NCBI GenBank assembly: GCA_963827755.1
Contig: CAWHCQ010000031.1
Location: 32,001 to 96,000, forward strand
Origin: an uncultured Gammaproteobacteria bacterium
Lineage (GTDB): Bacteria; Pseudomonadota; Gammaproteobacteria; UBA9214
Reading direction: 5' to 3'
DNA: 64,000 nt
How positions within the stretch are numbered: the stretch's first letter is position 1; each line of letters begins with the position of its first letter. A program made the translations under genes and the position numbers. Positions 62,768 through 64,000 of the stretch are shown here, piece by piece. The notes beneath the pieces were generated by a model that saw only the letters and a program-made list of their open reading frames with translations, did no database searches and had not been told where the DNA came from.

Positions 62768-64000
62768 CTACCTTACATAGTAGCGTATCAGCCTGCCCAC
62801 GGTGAGACCCTGCACAAGGATCGAGAACACGACCACCACATAGGTAACCGGCAGGATAATATCCCTTGCCTCACCTGGTGGTAATGACAGTGCCAGTGCG
62901 ACGGAAATGCCACCACGCAAGCCACCCCAGGTCATAATCCTGGTTACCCCGGCGGTAAACCTGTGTGATGCCTTTAATACAAAAACGGGTATCACGACGC
63001 TGATGAATCGTGCCAGCAGGATAACGAAAATCATGATCACTCCGGCAATCATGATATCGCCGCTGAAGCTCAGCACCAGCACTTCAAAACCGATCAAAAC
63101 AAAAAGCACCGCATTCAGAATCTCATCGATCAGTTCCCAGAAGGTATCCAGATGCTCGCGGGTCCTGTCTGACATGGCAAATGCACGCCCGTGATTACCG
63201 ATCAACAGGCCGGAAACGACCATCGCAATTGGCCCGGAGACGTGAATAACCCCGGCAATTGCATAGCCACCGGCTACCAGCGCCAGCGTAATCAGAATCT
63301 CGACGGTGTAATTATCAACCCCCCTGAGCATCAGGAAGGCCAGGTAGCCGATGGCGAGCCCGAAAACAACGCCGCCAACCGCCTCTTCAAGGAATAGCAT
63401 GCCAATATGGCTGGCCGTGACTTCATCGCCACCCACAGCAATACCCAGCAGGATGATAAAAACAACCACCGCAACGCCGTCATTAAACAGGGACTCGCCT
63501 GCAATCTTGGTTTCCAGCGATGCCGGGGCACCGGCGGTTTTCAGAATTGCCAGCACGGCAATCGGATCGGTCGGCGATATCAGCGAACCAAACAGCAAAC
63601 ACCAGATCATGTCGATATGAAAACCGAGCATGCCGAGAATCCACCAGGATGAAATACCCACCAGGAAGGTCGAAATGAGGAGTCCCACGGTTGCCAGGGA
63701 TGTGATCACCCATTTCTGGTTCGACAGGCTGTCAAGATCTACATGCAGGGCGCCGGCAAACAACAGAAAGGACAACATGCCCTGCATCAGGGTCTGGTTG
63801 AAATCGATACTCTTGAGGATTGCCTCTGCCTGTGATTCGATATCCAGGCCCACGGCATGCAGACCGATGATGGCCAGCGACATTAACAGGGAAAAAAACA
63901 TCAGCCCGATCGTGGTTGGCAGCTTCAGTGTCTTGTAGTTAAGAAAACTGAAGATGGCCGCCAGGGTCAGCATGAGTGCGATGATCTGGAATACGCTCAT
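62768..64000 (-). CDS. nhaP: CPA1/NhaP Na+/H+ antiporter
   Basis: ISPTDPIAV, GESLFNDG, WGGLRGGISVALAL. Confidence 0.93.
   Translation of the reverse strand: MSVFQIIALMLTLAAIFSFLNYKTLKLPTTIGLMFFSLLMSLAIIGLHAVGLDIESQAEAILKSIDFNQTLMQGMLSFLLFAGALHVDLDSLSNQKWVITSLATVGLLISTFLVGISSWWILGMLGFHIDMIWCLLFGSLISPTDPIAVLAILKTAGAPASLETKIAGESLFNDGVAVVVFIILLGIAVGGDEVTASHIGMLFLEEAVGGVVFGLAIGYLAFLMLRGVDNYTVEILITLALVAGGYAIAGVIHVSGPIAMVVSGLLIGNHGRAFAMSDRTREHLDTFWELIDEILNAVLFVLIGFEVLVLSFSGDIMIAGVIMIFVILLARFISVVIPVFVLKASHRFTAGVTRIMTWGGLRGGISVALALSLPPGEARDIILPVTYVVVVFSILVQGLTVGRLIRYYVR

Overview
GC-rich gammaproteobacterial chromosome segment; gene order and accessory genes suggest a Chromatiales-like, probably sulfur-oxidising organism (inference). 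From left to right: the dcw cell-wall/division cluster on the minus strand (mraZ-rsmH-ftsL-ftsI-murE-murF-mraY-murD-ftsW-murG'), ssb, an MFS transporter, uvrA, and five accessory genes. Then comes an uninterrupted ~32 kb translation/transcription super-operon on the minus strand: tRNA-Tyr/Gly/Thr-tuf-tRNA-Trp-secE-nusG-rplKAJL-rpoBC-rpsLG-fusA-tuf-S10-spc-alpha. The right-hand accessory region holds YbaK, Mug, AcuI, LEA2, an MBL hydrolase, a TonB receptor-YfiR-GGDEF/EAL module, a sulfur-globule-like protein and NhaP. Ten frameshifts in nine genes (seven essential) each resolve as a net +1 base and are most likely assembly errors. Three GTAG/GCAG REP families occupy intergenic spacers. Most notable candidates: (1) a tandem NrdR-box pair upstream of the dcw operon with no nrd gene nearby; (2) a two-gene small-protein operon with an IF1/ATPase-inhibitor-like motif under a perfect RegA/RegR box; (3) a TonB receptor-YfiR-c-di-GMP trans-envelope signalling module; (4) a 16-nt anti-tRNA inverted repeat in the tRNA-Tyr trailer.
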